From: Isurus oxyrinchus | Taxonomy: Eukaryota | Assembly: GCA_026770705.1 (NCBI GenBank) | Contig: JANJGN010000018.1 | Coordinates: forward strand, 41,106,001 to 41,170,000 | Reading direction: 5' to 3' | DNA: 64,000 nucleotides | Shown: positions 50,849-63,464 of the stretch, piece after piece | Numbering within the stretch: position 1 is the first letter of the stretch | Layout: every line of letters begins with the position of its first letter | Translations under genes and position numbers: made by a program | The notes under the pieces: generated by a model | Seen by the model: the letters and a program-made list of their open reading frames with translations, nothing else | What the model was told of the DNA's origin: nothing | Databases searched by the model: none

Positions 50849-51689
50849 AGGTAGATAAGGTGGTTAAGAAGGCATATGGGATACTTGCCTTTATTAGCTG
50901 AGGCATAGAATATAAGAGCAGGGAGGTATTGCTAGAACTGTATAAAACATTGCTTAGGCCACAGCTAGAGTATTGCATGCAGTTCTGCATTGTAGGAAGG
51001 ATGTGATTGCACTAGAGAGAATGCACAGGAGATTTACCAGGATGTTGCCTGGGCTAGAGAGTTTTAGTTATGAAGAGAGATTGGATAGACTGGGGTTATT
51101 TTCCCTAGAGCAGAGGAGATTGAGGGGGAACATGATTGTATAAAATTATGAGGGGTATAGATAGGGTAGACAGGAAGGAACTTTTCCCCTTGGTGAAGGG
51201 ATCAATAACCAGGAGGCATAGATTTAAGGTAAGGGGCAGAAGGCTTAGAGGGAACGTGGAGAAGATTTTTTTTACCCAGGGGGTGAATAGTTAGGTACTT
51301 GTTTGACCAGCGCAGACTCGATGAGCCAAAGGGCCTTTTTCTGTGCTGTAGACCTCTATGACTGTATGTCTGCACACAGTGATAATACTAAACATATGCA
51401 CGTTATAAACAGTCCATCAACTGATAGAAATATTTTTTTTTACTATTTACTTTCGCAAGCTCTTCTATAATTCTGAAGACTACTACTGGATCCACCCTTA
51501 ATGCCCTCAACTCCCATGAAAAGAAACCAATATTCAAGCCTTTCATAACCTCTCGTTCCAAGTATAATTTCAGCGGCATATTCTATGGCTATGTATTTCC
51601 ATGATGCCAAAATCCTTCCAATGAAAAGGTATCCAGAATTGCAGAAAATTTTCCATGTGATCTAACCAATGTTCTATACAGTATCACAG

Positions 51690-53870
51690 TATCTGTACAG
51701 TGCAGAAGGAGGCCATTTGGCCCATTGAGTCTGCACTGGCTCTCTGAAAGAGCATTCTACTTCGTTCTGCTCCCCAGCCTTATCCCCGTAACCTTGCACA
51801 TTAATTTCTTTTCAGGTAGCAATCCAAGTCCCATTTGAATACCTTGATTGAACCTGCCTCCACCACCCTTTCAGGTAGGTTGTTCCTGATTCCAACCACC
51901 CTCTGGGTGAAAAAAATTTTCTTCACATTTCATTTACTCCTTTTATCAATTATCTGGAATCTGTGCCCTCTAGTTCTTGATGTTCTCTTGAGTAGGAACA
52001 GTTTCACACTATCTACCCTATCTATAACTCTCAGGATCTTGAATGCCTCTATCAAGTCTCCTCTCAGCCTTCTTTTCTCCAAGGAAAACAGTCCCAGCCT
52101 CTCCAATCTATCCTCATAGCTACAGTTCTTCATCACTGAAATCATGTGTGTGAATCTCCTCTGTACTCTCTCCTTTCACATCCTTTCTCAAACATGGCAC
52201 CCAGAACTGGACACTGTACTCCAGATGAGGCCTAACTAGTGTCTTATATAAGTTCAACATGACCTCTTTACTCTTGTACTCAATGTCCCTATTAATAAAG
52301 CCGAAGATACTATACACTTTTTAAAACTGCTCTCTCATCATGCCCTACCATCTTCAATGACCTACATATGTATACACCAAGATCCCCTGTTCTTCCATCT
52401 CCTTTAGAGGCTCTCCCTTTAATTTATATTGTCTCCCCATATTTTTTCTGCCAAAATGAATCACCTCACACTTCTCTGCATTGAACTTCATCTGCCACTT
52501 GTCTGCCCAATCCACCAACATGTCTATGTCCTTTTGAAGTTCATGACTACCCCCATCACAGTTGACAACATTTCCAATCTTCGTATCTGCAAATTTTGAA
52601 ATCATGCCCTGCACATCACAGTCTAGGTCATTAATATATGCCAGGAAGAGCAAGGGTCCCAACAATGACCCCTGGGGAACCCCACTAGAAACCTTCCTCC
52701 AATCCGAAAAACAACCATTTATCACTACTCTCCGTTTCCTGTCCCTCAGCCAATTTCTTATCCAAGTGCCTACTTTCCCTTTTATTCTTAGAATTTTGCT
52801 CACGTTTGTTGTGCGGCACTGTATCAAATGCCTTTTTAAAATACAAATCATCAACAGCTTTGCCCTTATCAACCTTCTCTGTTACCTCTCAAAAAACTTA
52901 ATCAAGTTAGTTAAACATGATTTCCCCTTGCTGGCTTTCCTTAATTATCCTGCACTTGTCTAAGTGACCGTTGATTTTATCCCATACTGTAGTTTCCCTA
53001 ACACTGAGGTCAAACTGACTGCCCTTTGGTTGCCAGCTTTATCCTTGCATCCCTTTTTGAACAAGGCTGTAACATTCAGAATTCTCCAGTCCTCTGGCAT
53101 CTCCCCTGTGTCTGAGGAAGACTGGAAGATTAGCACTAGTTCCTCTGCAATTTCCACTTTCACTTGCCTCAGTACCCTTCGATGCATCTTATTCAGTCCT
53201 GGTACCTGATTTTAAGTAACGATAGCTTTTCGAACACCTCCTTCCTCTCGATCGTAAGTTCTTCTAGTGTACCAGTTACCTCCTCTCTCACCTCAGCCTG
53301 GAAAGCATTTCTGTCTTTGTAAAGACAGATGCAAAGTACTCATTCAACACCTCCGCTACTTCACCTGCCTCCACATGCCAGTCCCCTTTTTTGTCCCTAA
53401 TCAGCCCTACTCTTTCTTTGACTACCCTTTTATTATTTACATGCTTATAGAAAACCGCGGGATTCCCTTTTATGTTCATTGCCATGCTCACTCCTTGCTT
53501 TTCTTATGTTTATTCACTTCCCCTCTGGTCCTTCTATATTCAGCCTGATTCTCCATTGTATTTTCTACCTGACATCTTGTCATACGCACACTTCTTCCTT
53601 TTCATCTTCATCTCTAACTCTCTTGTCATCCATGGCGCTATGGATTTATTTGTCCTAAGTTTCCCCTTCAAAGGAATATTCCTTGAAATTTCCTGCAATA
53701 CTTTTCCTTTGAAGTGGCCTGTTGTTCAGCCAGTCTTTTCTGCCAACATTTGATTCCAACTCACCTGACTCAGGTGCATTCTCATCCCATTGAAGTTGGC
53801 TTTCCCCCCCAATTAATTATCCCGGCTCTGGATTGTTCCCTGTCCTTTTCCATGATCAACCTAAACCAGA
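51690..53870 (-). mobile_element. CR1 ORF2 fragment, minus strand
   Basis: ORFs 52354-52872 (GVPQGSLLGPLLFLAYINDLD..ISKFAD..WQMKFNAEKC), 52120-52317, 51930-52145 and 52960-53187. Confidence 0.92.
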
Positions 53871-54037
53871 CAAACTCTACAACATTTGGGAGGGAGAAAA
53901 TTTCCTAAAGCAGGCATCCCAGAGAAAGTGGTCACATTTCTCAAACATGTTGCTAAGGGTGGGGATGGAGAAGAATATCTGATATGTCCATACAAATTTC
54001 TTGCTTAATGTATTTCCAGTCCACTAAGGAAGGAAGC

Positions 54038-54133
54038 AGAAATAAAAACAGAAAATGCTAGAAAAACTCAGCAAGTCTAACAGCATCTGTGGAGAGACAA
54101 ACGTTTCGAGTCTGTATGACCCTTCTTCAGAGC
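54038..54133 (-). mobile_element. Solo Penelope terminal fragment with canonical-core hammerhead motif
   Basis: Reverse complement: ctCUGAAGA-A-GGGUC(auaca)GACUC-GAAAC-GUU...tctccacagatgctgttagacttgctgagtttttctagcattttctg. Related to the other PLE termini, but stem I is damaged. Confidence 0.7.
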
Positions 54134-54504
54134 AAGCTTGGATGTGGTATTCTGAAATGAAATAGAGCAAGTGGAGGCTGTTACAGCAGATCATCATCTG
54201 GCTAACAGTGCTCACAACCTAATTCGGTTTAAGTCATTATGGAAAGAGACCAGAACATACCGCTGGTAAAAACGCTCAACTGGGAAAGAGTTAGTTTCAG
54301 TGATTTAAGAAGAGACACAACACAGAGTTTGGAAAAAAGTGATTACAGGGTAAAGCATTAATGGAGCAATGGAGGACATAGAAGGAAGAGGTAATTTAGG
54401 TACAAATTAGATACATACACATTTGAAGGGAAAAAGTAGATCATCCAAAGTTAATGTGCCCTGGATGAAAGCAAAGAGACTGATGATAAATCTCTGGCAA
54501 GATT

Positions 54505-54692
54505 CAACAACTTATATTTATTGCGCTTTTAACATAATAAAATGTACCAAGTCATTTCACAGCAGCATTATAAAGTAAAGTTATACACATAAGGTGCTAT
54601 GCAGCAGATGACCAAAAGCTTGGCCAAAGAGCTATGTTTTAAATGAGGGCCTTAAAAGGAAGAGAGGAGGAGGGGTTTAGGGAGGGAATTCC
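54505..54692 (-). mobile_element. L2 LINE 3' fragment
   Basis: gatgaccaaaagcttggccaaagag..ggtttagggagggaattcc. Confidence 0.6.
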
Positions 54693-55104
54693 TAATTAAA
54701 TGGCACAATAGGCTCGACAGCTTCAATGGCCTACTTTTACATTCCTATTACCCCAATCTCCACGTCCCAGATAACCTCCTGACAGAGGCAATCTACTGGC
54801 TGACTGAGGGGCTTTTTAGAAGAAAATGCTTTGAACCTTCCACATTGGGTCGAGTAGTGGTATAATTTTGCTGAAGGGAGAATATACAATCGAAAAAAAT
54901 CAGCGCAAAAGGCCCTGAAGGAGACACCAAACCAAAGTCAAAAACAAGACCAGGAATAACATTACCAAGGTACATGAGAGGCAACAAGAAAGCATGCATG
55001 AAATGGAGAAACAGACACCTAGGACAGGATTTTCCTTGCAGACTTTTGAACTCCATCAGGCTGAAATTGTAGGTCAGAAACCTACACTGTGGGAAACAGT
55101 CACT

Positions 55105-55535
55105 CAATGGGATTTTCTCCAGAGTGACCATTTAATGGCCAGAGGATAGACTCACCATCCTGGTGGGCTGCAGCGAAAGGTAAGTGTGAGGGAAACTGTG
55201 CCTCAGAATGGAGGCACCCTCTTTCCAACTTACTTAAATTTAGAATAAAAAGTGGGTTTTTCAGCCACCGGGAGGCAGCCTCCAGGAACCTAAACCAACC
55301 CCGGCCCTGTGCAGGGACCTGGAGGTTGACTGGAAAATCCTCATTGGCCTCCTTTAATTGGCCTTGTGGCACTTAACAAGCTGCACCCACCATCTCCAGG
55401 GGTGGGATGGAGTCAGGGAACCGGCACATGGCCAGCGAGGCCATTTTTAGCTCCCAACTACATTGGATCCCAGCCCTGGGGGGGCCCTCAAGAATCAAGT
55501 CTTCAGTCTGTGCACATAGGAGAGAATACTGGTAG
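55105..55535. mobile_element. Diverged Harbinger-like MITE remnant
   Basis: GC-richer island with motifs (gggattttct, gcctcag..gaggca, ttaattggcc..cacttaa) reminiscent of the MITE family; ends unclear. Confidence 0.4.
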
Positions 55536-55859
55536 AATTAATGAGTGGAGAGCAATTGTTATCATGTTAGATTTTACTTTATTTCAGTATTTATGTATAG
55601 CTCTATTTATTATTTGATATAGGATATTTTTTAATAAATACAGTTAGACCCATTTCATAGAAGCCAAGTGTGATGGAGATTAATGGGTGGTGGCAGCCGG
55701 GGGAGGGGGTGGTTCTGTTCTTCCATAATCAGGTTAAGTAGCCAAAAGAAAAAAATTAAAAACAAGATGCAATGGAATATTTTTGTCTTTGGCCCATGCT
55801 GTTGTCACAATATATACTACAAACCAGTAAAGACCTTGTTTTTCTAAACACAAGGTCAA

Positions 55860-56215
55860 GATATCACAAAGCATTTCATATCCAATTAAATTCTTAGAGG
55901 CATGATCATCATTATGTACGCAACCAAGTTCCCATAAACAGAAAATGGGACAAACAAGAAGTTAATCTGTTCTTTGCATTTTGAGTTAGTTAGGGGGAGA
56001 ACATTGGTAAAGATACTGAGAGAACTATCAGTTCTTTAGATAGTACCATTGAATATTCCACATCCACATGAAGAAACAGTGCCTCAATTTAATATCTAAT
56101 CCATAGAATGACAAAACTATTGCACCAAAGTATCAGCCTAAATGATGTGCTTACTTCCTGTAACAGAATTTGAAACTACAATCTCTTGGCTCAGACAAAA
56201 GTGTTACTAAACGAG
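55860..56215 (-). mobile_element. Deu-domain SINE, decayed
   Basis: atagtaccattgaatattccacatccac..tttaatatctaatcc..gtatcagccta..tttgaaactacaatctcttggctcaga is the reverse of the SINE body and head. Confidence 0.5.
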
Positions 56216-56914
56216 TCAAGATAATCAACTGGAAAATAAGAGATGGTGTTGTGTCCCTTTACAATCCATTCTTTATATGATCTGTAAGTGATGTTACAAA
56301 GTTTCAAATACCAGTAGATAATGACTTTTGCTTATATCTATCATCAAAATACTTATCTTCTGGAACTACACACAAGTTTATGGTGCAGGAAGTGTTTTAC
56401 TTCATCTAATGAATATTTTACCAGATTCAAGAGTCAGGCATTATGTACTTCAATAGCCAATCATTGCATGAACATAATTATTACGTAACGTCAGTGTGTG
56501 TGAGCATTCTATAAAGTAGAACTCTAGTGAGGGATGATAGAGGGTATTCAGGTTAATATCACAAACTGGCCTACTTGTGACTCTAAGCTCACAGCTATGT
56601 GGCTGACTCTTAAACTGACCTCAAAAGGGCAATTAGGGATGGACATTAAGTGCTGGCATTGTCAGTGGCACCACAACCCATAAAAGAATTTTTTAAAAAT
56701 GTAAAAGCTCTAGATTCACCATCCAGGCGGATAGCCTCCCAGCATTTACCCATTAAACCCCTGAACAATTTCATAAGTTTCAATGAAATTACCTCTCATT
56801 CTTCTAAATTCCAGGGAATGTGGTCTCAGTCCACTTAATATTTCTTCATTAGGAGAATGTCATTATCCTAGATGTACGAGATTATACTATAAAAGTAAAT
56901 GAAACAGTAAATCC

Positions 56915-57125
56915 TCCAAGTCATTCACCATCCTGACTTGGAAATATATCACTGTTCCTTCACTGTTGCTGGGTCAAAATTCTAGAACTCCCTTCCTAAC
57001 ACCACATGGACTGCAGCAGTTCAAGAAGGCAGCTCACCATCACCTTCTCAAGGGCAACTTGGGATGGGCAATAAATGCTGGCCCAGCCAGTGATGCCCAC
57101 ATCCCACTAATGAATTTTTTTTAAA
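56915..57125 (+). mobile_element. Short 3' tail of the same LINE family
   Basis: caccatcctgacttggaaatatatc...gggcaataaatgctggcccagccagtgatgcccacatccc. Confidence 0.85.
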
Positions 57126-58399
57126 AGCATGAGAAAGGTAATGTAGAAAGTAACCAGTTGGATTCTGCAATTGGAGGGAGCTTTACTGTTCTTTTCCATG
57201 AGTGAACCAACATGAACCATTTGGCCTCCTTCATTCATTGTCTTATGATCATGAGAAGCAGGACAGGAAGAAATCCATTACTGTTTTGGCCATGTTTCTG
57301 TCAGCCTTGCCAAACTCCCTCCTTTAAAATTTGTATAAATTTTCTGAGTTCACAATTTGCGGGTTAATTCCTCTGAATGCAATTCTAAGCACAAATGGGG
57401 ACTAGATTGAAGTCTAGTATTTTAGTTTTGCTTTCTATCCAGATTACTATCACATTAAAAAGGAAAACTGAGCTCAATCTGTTCATAATCTTAAAGGTGT
57501 CCAATTTTTGGCACAGGTCACCAAAACACAGCAATGCAACTGGGAGTGATGGGGTGAAAGGTCTGAGCTCATTCTATTGCTTTCTTGAACCCAGCTACAC
57601 CACTGAGGGAAGGTGTCATTCAGAAACCAGGCATTTCCTAACAAGGACAGCAAGAGAAATAAAAGAGAGAACTCAGTGAGGTGTACACCTTAGCAATTGC
57701 CTCCATAACAACTGCAGAGATATAGGGGTAATCCAGGGTGGGGGATTTTTTTTTTAAATAAAGAAGGAAAATCAAAAAAATTATAATTACTGATCATCAC
57801 TTCTCTTTTTTTTCTTTACGTACTATTAGTGAGAAGAAGCTAAGCGAACAGGTATTTGGTCTCGCATTTTCCCTGACAACATCCTTAAAAAAGCTCCACT
57901 GGGCTTCAAAAAAACTGTACTAACTCTTACAGCCCACTGACAACTGATTTATTTCTAACTTTTTCTTCCCTGCCCTTCAAAGTACTAACAGATTTCATTC
58001 ATTATTTGACACTGACACTAGTACTCAAGTTCCACGCTAACAAAACCAAAGCAGCACAACAGAGTAAATCAAAAACAGAAAGTAAAAGCCTGCTAAAATA
58101 CATTCCTTTGAGGGGAGGGTAGCTGCATTTAGCAAATAATAAAATATTAACTGTAACAAATGATATTGCAACATTGTGGAACTAGCTAGCCCTTATGTCT
58201 TCTCACACTCTGTACTACCTGGCCATTGTTAACTTATTAATTTGGCAATATAAAAACTCCCAAGTACAAGCTCACTCCTGGCATTACCACAGTGATATCT
58301 TCTAATACTAGACCAACTTAAGACTTTCATGCTATCTCAATTTTATTTTGGTAAATAGCACCAATTTCCACATCAAATTCCTCTGACCCCTTCACAGTT

Positions 58400-59260
58400 T
58401 TCCCATTGTTGGGCTGCTTATGATATCCAGTCCTGGACAAGTTGCAATGTTCTTCACATAACCGTTGGCAGAAAAGAAAGCCATTGCCTTTGATCCCTGG
58501 TCACAAATTCTAAACCTTCACTACCATTTCCATCCCATCCCAGCCACCCTATCAAGGCTGCACAAGATTGCATGGTAGCCTCACTGTCCTATTTGACTCA
58601 CTGCTGAGCTTCTAAACTCTTATCATCTCCAACACAACGACTGGCTACTTGCACCCCTAAAACATTACCCATCTTCATCACTGCTTCAACGGATCTGCTT
58701 CCAAAACCCTCATCCATGCCTCTGTCACCTCCAGAGTAGGCTAATGCAATGCTCTCCTGGCCAACTTCCCTTCTTTCCTTCTTAAACTTCAGTGCATCTA
58801 AAACTCTGCTGTCCATATACTACGTGAAATAAGCCCCACTTGTCCAACACCCCTTCACTAACAGCTACCCATCGGCTCCCTGTGCTCCAATACCACAAAC
58901 TCAAAATTTTCATCTGCTCAAATCTCTTTGCTGCCTCACTCTTCCTCATCTGTCACTGCACCCAAACCTACAACCCTCTGAGAACTCTGCATTCCTCCAA
59001 CTATGGCCTCCTGTGCATCCTCCACTCTCTTCACCCCCACCATTGACAGCTGTGCCGTCAGCCCTCTAGGCCCCAAGCTCTGAAATTCCTTCCACCTCAC
59101 TTTCCTCCTTTAAGACTCTCTAAAACCCACCTGACTGTTTAGTCACCCCTCCCAAGACTTTTCATTTTACTTGGCGTCGATCTTTGTCTAATTGTGCCTG
59201 TATGAAGTGCCTTGGATGGTTTTTCTAAGTTAAAGGCCCTATAAAAATACAGGTTGTTAC
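58400..59260 (+). mobile_element. L2 LINE ORF2 3' fragment
   Basis: accctcatccatgcctctgtcacctccaga..gcaatgctctcctggcc..aaaactctgctg (LIHA.VTSR..CNALLA..QNSAA-like) and an L2-type tail. Confidence 0.7.
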
Positions 59261-60814
59261 TGCTATATAGGGTTACAAATTAACAATGAATACATGGACA
59301 AAGTAATAGGGTGTGACTGGCACAAGTGAAATTATACTTCAGTCAAGAGGGGAGAGAACTAGCGTAAATAACCAGACAAGTACAATCGGTAACACAATAC
59401 TGTGATCGTCAGACAAATTGCTTACAGTAAGGTGTGGCTGCAAACGTTTCTTGGAAAAATTTTTAGGGCATCACCATGGCAACAATGTGGTCTAAAAAAA
59501 TAATTGGTATAAAATTTTTCCATTTTGGTAAGTTTATTTTATACCATAAAAATTGGGTGGATAATACTTAAAAGTTAGCAGGCCTCATGCTTATTGAGTC
59601 AATTTAGCCAATTCCAAGTATTAAAAACTCCAAAGTGAAACAGGGTGATCTCAGAGGTTGCAAAGATTAATCACCCAGACTGCATTTCATCTCCTTATAA
59701 AACAGGGCTCAAAGTCCAAGATGACATTACCCTGCAAGGGGAAATCTTTTTTTAAATAGGAACAGGATTACAATACCCAATGTGGGTTTAACTAAGTGAC
59801 AATTAGAACATTCTTTTCAGGAAAATGGGTTATTACACTCAGAAGTGTAGAAGACCCAGATGTCAGGCTGCTGACATGTGTTATTGGGCCAAACACTTGA
59901 ATTTTATATATTTATCAATATTGTATTTTTGAAATACATTATTGATAAATATATAAGTTGAATTCTTTCTAAGTTGAATGACAAGGCCACAATAACAACC
60001 ACCACACGTAAAGAAAATGCCAAAACATTTCTTAACAAATCAGATGAGCGGAAAAAGGGAAAAAATGTCAGATGAGTTGAAAGTGAGAGGCCATTATGTC
60101 CTGGCATCTTTGCTGCCTTCGCTCCTTAATGAGATTCAGAAATAAATAACTTTGTGCAGTCCCATTATACGTTAGGGCCAACCAACGCTCAAACAAAACG
60201 CATGGAATACACTGGGACCGCGAATCTGCACAGTAATTAATACTATATTCAAACGCTACCCAGGCTCGTTTTCTGTCTGAGTGAAGGTTGGCTTGGAAGG
60301 TTTAAAAACCTCTGAAATTTTAATCTGGGAACACAGAGGGCAGACGAGGGCGGTTAACTACTTGGTGCTTTGTGGACTGACACCATGCATTGGTTTAAAT
60401 TAATCACACATTCGCCCTAATCGTGCAACATTCAGATGCCACAAAAAAACCAAAAAGGTAAATATAAAACCATCTCCCAGAAAAGATTATCGGGTCTGGA
60501 GACTCAAACCACAGCATTAGTTCCAACAAATGAGGAGGCCAAGTTTGGAAGACTCAGTGGAGAATAATTCCTGTCGTCGAAGATCGCTCTCTGAGTCTTA
60601 AACACCCAGTCTGATTAATTTTCAATTAACTGTGAAATAAAGTCATATTCTTCCACTTGTTAAAAGTCAAGTGGAATTAAAGCAACATTAAAACAGGGTA
60701 AACTGTTCTGGAGTGAGCTGAAATGCTCCGAGACTGTCCTCACTCTACATAGGCTCAGTACTTCCCCGGGGACCAGAAGCTCTTATCCGTCCTGCTCGCA
60801 GCCCCCGGTTCCGT

Positions 60815-61069
60815 GATCAGCCCCCAGACCCTGTGAGGGAGCAGTCTCTCCCCGATCAGCCCCAGTCTCAGTCCCTGTTAAGGGGCAGTGTCTCCCGCGA
60901 TCAGCCCCAGTCCCTGTGAGGGGGCAGTGTCTCCCGCGATCAGCCCCCAGTCCCTGTGAGGGGGCAGGGTCTCCTGCGATCAGCCCCAGTCCCTGTGAGG
61001 GGGCAGGGTCTCCCGCGATCAGCCCCAGTCCCTGTGAGGGGGCAGGGTCTCCCGCGATCAGCCCCAGTC
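60815..61069. repeat. GC-rich minisatellite, ~39-bp unit, ~6.3 copies
   Basis: gatcagccccagtccctgtgagggggcag(g/t)gtctcccgc, starting at 60815, 60854, 60899, 60938, 60978, 61017 and 61056. Confidence 0.95.
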
Positions 61070-61122
61070 GCTGTCCTTCTTTCACAAGGGATCCTCCATA
61101 CAGCCAGCGCCCCACAACTTAC

Positions 61123-61165
61123 CCCAATTGACCAGCAGCAGCAGCAGCAGCAACGAGCGCTCCAT
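61123..61165 (-). CDS. PTGFRN: PTGFRN coding exon 1 (signal peptide MERSLLLLLLLVNW-G)
   Basis: ATG at 61165-61163, hydrophobic poly-Leu, then a strong donor G|GTAAGT. The 43-nt phase-1 exon splices in frame to 23178, giving MERSLLLLLLLVNWGLSSG/RIVKVP. Not in the ORF track. Confidence 0.85.
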
Positions 61166-61560
61166 GCTCTCTAAGGATCTGCTTTCCTGGCAAACACTCA
61201 AACTCGGAAGAAAAAATACCTCCCCCTCTCTCCCAACTGGAGCCTTTCCAATACCTCACTCTCTGTCTCCAGGTGGCACTTTTTGCAACACGAGCAAACT
61301 CCAGACTGAAACTCCAAACTTTTTACTAAACCAAAACTTTATCAACTCCCAGAAAGCTTATTTTACTCTCGGGAAAAAAACACAAAGCCAGCTTCAATGG
61401 TCAGACACTTCGGAAGTTTCTGTTCCCTTTCTGTAGAAACAGGCGGAAGCACCCAGGAAGACTTTCCCTCTCTCAGGTAATTGGCTCTGTTAAAGGGGAG
61501 GGAGCTCAGCGGGCGGAGACATCTGGCGGCTAATAAAAAAATCAAGTGTTCGCAATCCTG
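61166..61560 (-). promoter_or_regulatory. Probable PTGFRN 5'UTR/proximal promoter
   Basis: Repeat-free stretch upstream of the ATG, with GGGCGG (61511-61516), CCAAT on the minus strand (61480-61484) and CGGAAG ETS cores. TSS not determinable. Confidence 0.4.
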
Positions 61561-61679
61561 CCTTACGGGAATTTTTATTTTCGTTTCTGCAGTTGCAAGA
61601 CAAGTTCTTTGTTCTTGTTTATTAATATGCACATATTTGGAAAGAATTGGGATCCTGGCATGATGGACATTAAGAGTGT

Positions 61680-63290
61680 TTTTTTATTCATTCATGGATG
61701 TGGGCTTCGCTAGCTGGGCCAGCATTTATTGCCCATCCCTAGTTGCCCTTGAGAAGGTGGTGTTGAGCTGCCTTCTTGAATCACTGCAGTCCCTATGGTG
61801 TAGGTACACCCACAGTGCTTTTAGGGAGCGAATTCCAGGATTTTGACCCAGCAACAGCAAAGGAACGGCGATATATTTCCAAGTTAGGATGGTAAGTGGC
61901 TTGGAGGGAATCTCAGGGTGGTGGTCATGTCTCCACCTATCTGCTGCCCTTGTCCTTCTAGATGGTAGTGTCCGTGGGTTTGGAAAATGCTAGCAAAGGA
62001 GCCTTGGTGAATTCCTGAAGTGCATCATGTGAATGGTACACACTGCTGCTACTGTGTGTTGGTGGTGAATGTTTGTGGATGTGGTGCCAATCAAGTAGGC
62101 TGCTTTGTCCTGGACAGTGTCAAGCTTCTTGAGTGTTGTGGGAGCTGCACTCATCCAGGCAAGTGGAGAGTATTCCATCACACTCCTGACTTGTGCCTTG
62201 TAGATGGTGGACAGGCTTTGGGGAGTCAGGAGGTGGATTACCCATCACACGATTCCTAACCTCTGACCTGCTCTTGTAGTCACAGTATTTATATGGCTAG
62301 TCCAGTTCAATTTCTGGTCAATGGTAACCCCAGGGTATTGATAGTGGGGCATTCAGTGATGGTAATGCCATTGTACGTCAAGGGGTGATGGTTAGATTCT
62401 CTCTTGTTGGAGATGGTCATTGCTGGCACTTGTGAGGCATGAATGTTACTTGCCATTTGTCACCCAAGCCTGGATCAGCAATCATCAGCAAACATTCACA
62501 CTTCTAACTTTATGATCGAAAGAAGGTCATTGATGAAGCAGCTGCAGATGATTGGGCCGAGGACACCACCCTGAGGAGCTCCTGCAGTGATGACCTGGAG
62601 CTGAGATGACTGACCTCCAACAACTACAACTATCTTTCTTTCTGCTAGGTATGACTCTAACCAGCAGAGAGTTTTCCCCTGATTCCATTTGACTCCAGTT
62701 TTGCTGGGGCTCCTTGATGCCACACTCGGTCAAATGCGACCTTGATGTCAAGGGCAGTCACCCTCACCTCACTTCAGGAGTTCAGCTCTTTTGTCCATGT
62801 TTGAACCAAGGCTGTAATGAGGTCAGAAGCTGAGTGGCACTGGTGGAACCAAAACTGCACACCACTGAGCAGATTACTGCTAAGCAAGTGCTGCTTGGTA
62901 GCACTGTTGCTAACTCCTTCCATTACTTTACTGATGATTGAGAATAGACTGAGGGGGTGGTAATTGGCCTGCTTTTTCTGATTTTTGTGTACAGGACGTA
63001 CCTGGACAATTTTCCACATACCCAGGTAGATGCCAGTGTTGTAGCTGTACTGGAACAGCTTGGCTAGGGACGCAGCAAGTTCTGGAGCACAAGTCTTCAG
63101 TACTATTGCCGGAATATTGTCAGGACCCATAGCCTTTGCAGAATCCAGTGCTTTCAGCCGTTTCTTGATATCACATGAAGTGAATCAAATTGGCTGAAGA
63201 CTGGCATCTTTGATTCTGGGGACCTCTGAAGGAGGCCGAGATGGATCATCCACTCGGCACTTCTGGCTGAAGATTGTAGCAAATGTTGTC
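61680..63290 (-). mobile_element. CR1-group/Jockey-like LINE RT 3' half
   Basis: MGPDNIPAIVLKTCAPELA..ANYHPLSLFSIISKVMEG; GAPQGGVLGP..FINDL; MEYSPLAWMSAAPTTLKKLDTVQDKAA; A-rich tail at 61680. Confidence 0.9.
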
Positions 63291-63464
63291 ACTAAGTTGC
63301 TGTGGGCTCCTATTTGCCACTTTCTGCAAATAGCAATTAAAACATCCAAATCAAAATGGTCAATGGGCATGATTTTGCCCTGGATGAATTTGTGCATCAT
63401 AAAATCAATTAATTGGAATAAAAAAGAAACCATGCTACAATTGTAATCAATTCACACTATTCAG

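Larger units (their letters stand above)
43225..51365 (+). mobile_element. Outer near full-length CR1 (ORF1 Zn-finger/leucine zipper plus SGNH esterase, ORF2 APE-RT), split by the inner CR1
   Basis: CSKCHQLQLLE, AIVVGDSIVRGTD, FNARSL, GDFNFP, NYRPVSLTSVV, YLDFSKAFDK and KFADDTK motifs. The sequence resumes seamlessly at 50849-50853 and ends ctctatgactgtatg. Confidence 0.9.

Noticed and set aside
937-61165. Alternative identity as IGSF8, IGSF3 or CD101
   Set aside because: Six Ig domains and PTGFRN-specific motifs (DQDWTLK, GNTFEM, VVLEKV..EFR, CTVTPWIKS.TG.WQK) fit PTGFRN; the paralogues have 4, 8 and 7 domains.
60783-61174. Repetitive ORFs or a CRISPR-like array in the 39-bp repeat
   Set aside because: Head-to-tail units without unique spacers in a vertebrate intron. 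The ORFs arise from the 39-nt period, and read-through from the exon 1 ATG stops before the array.
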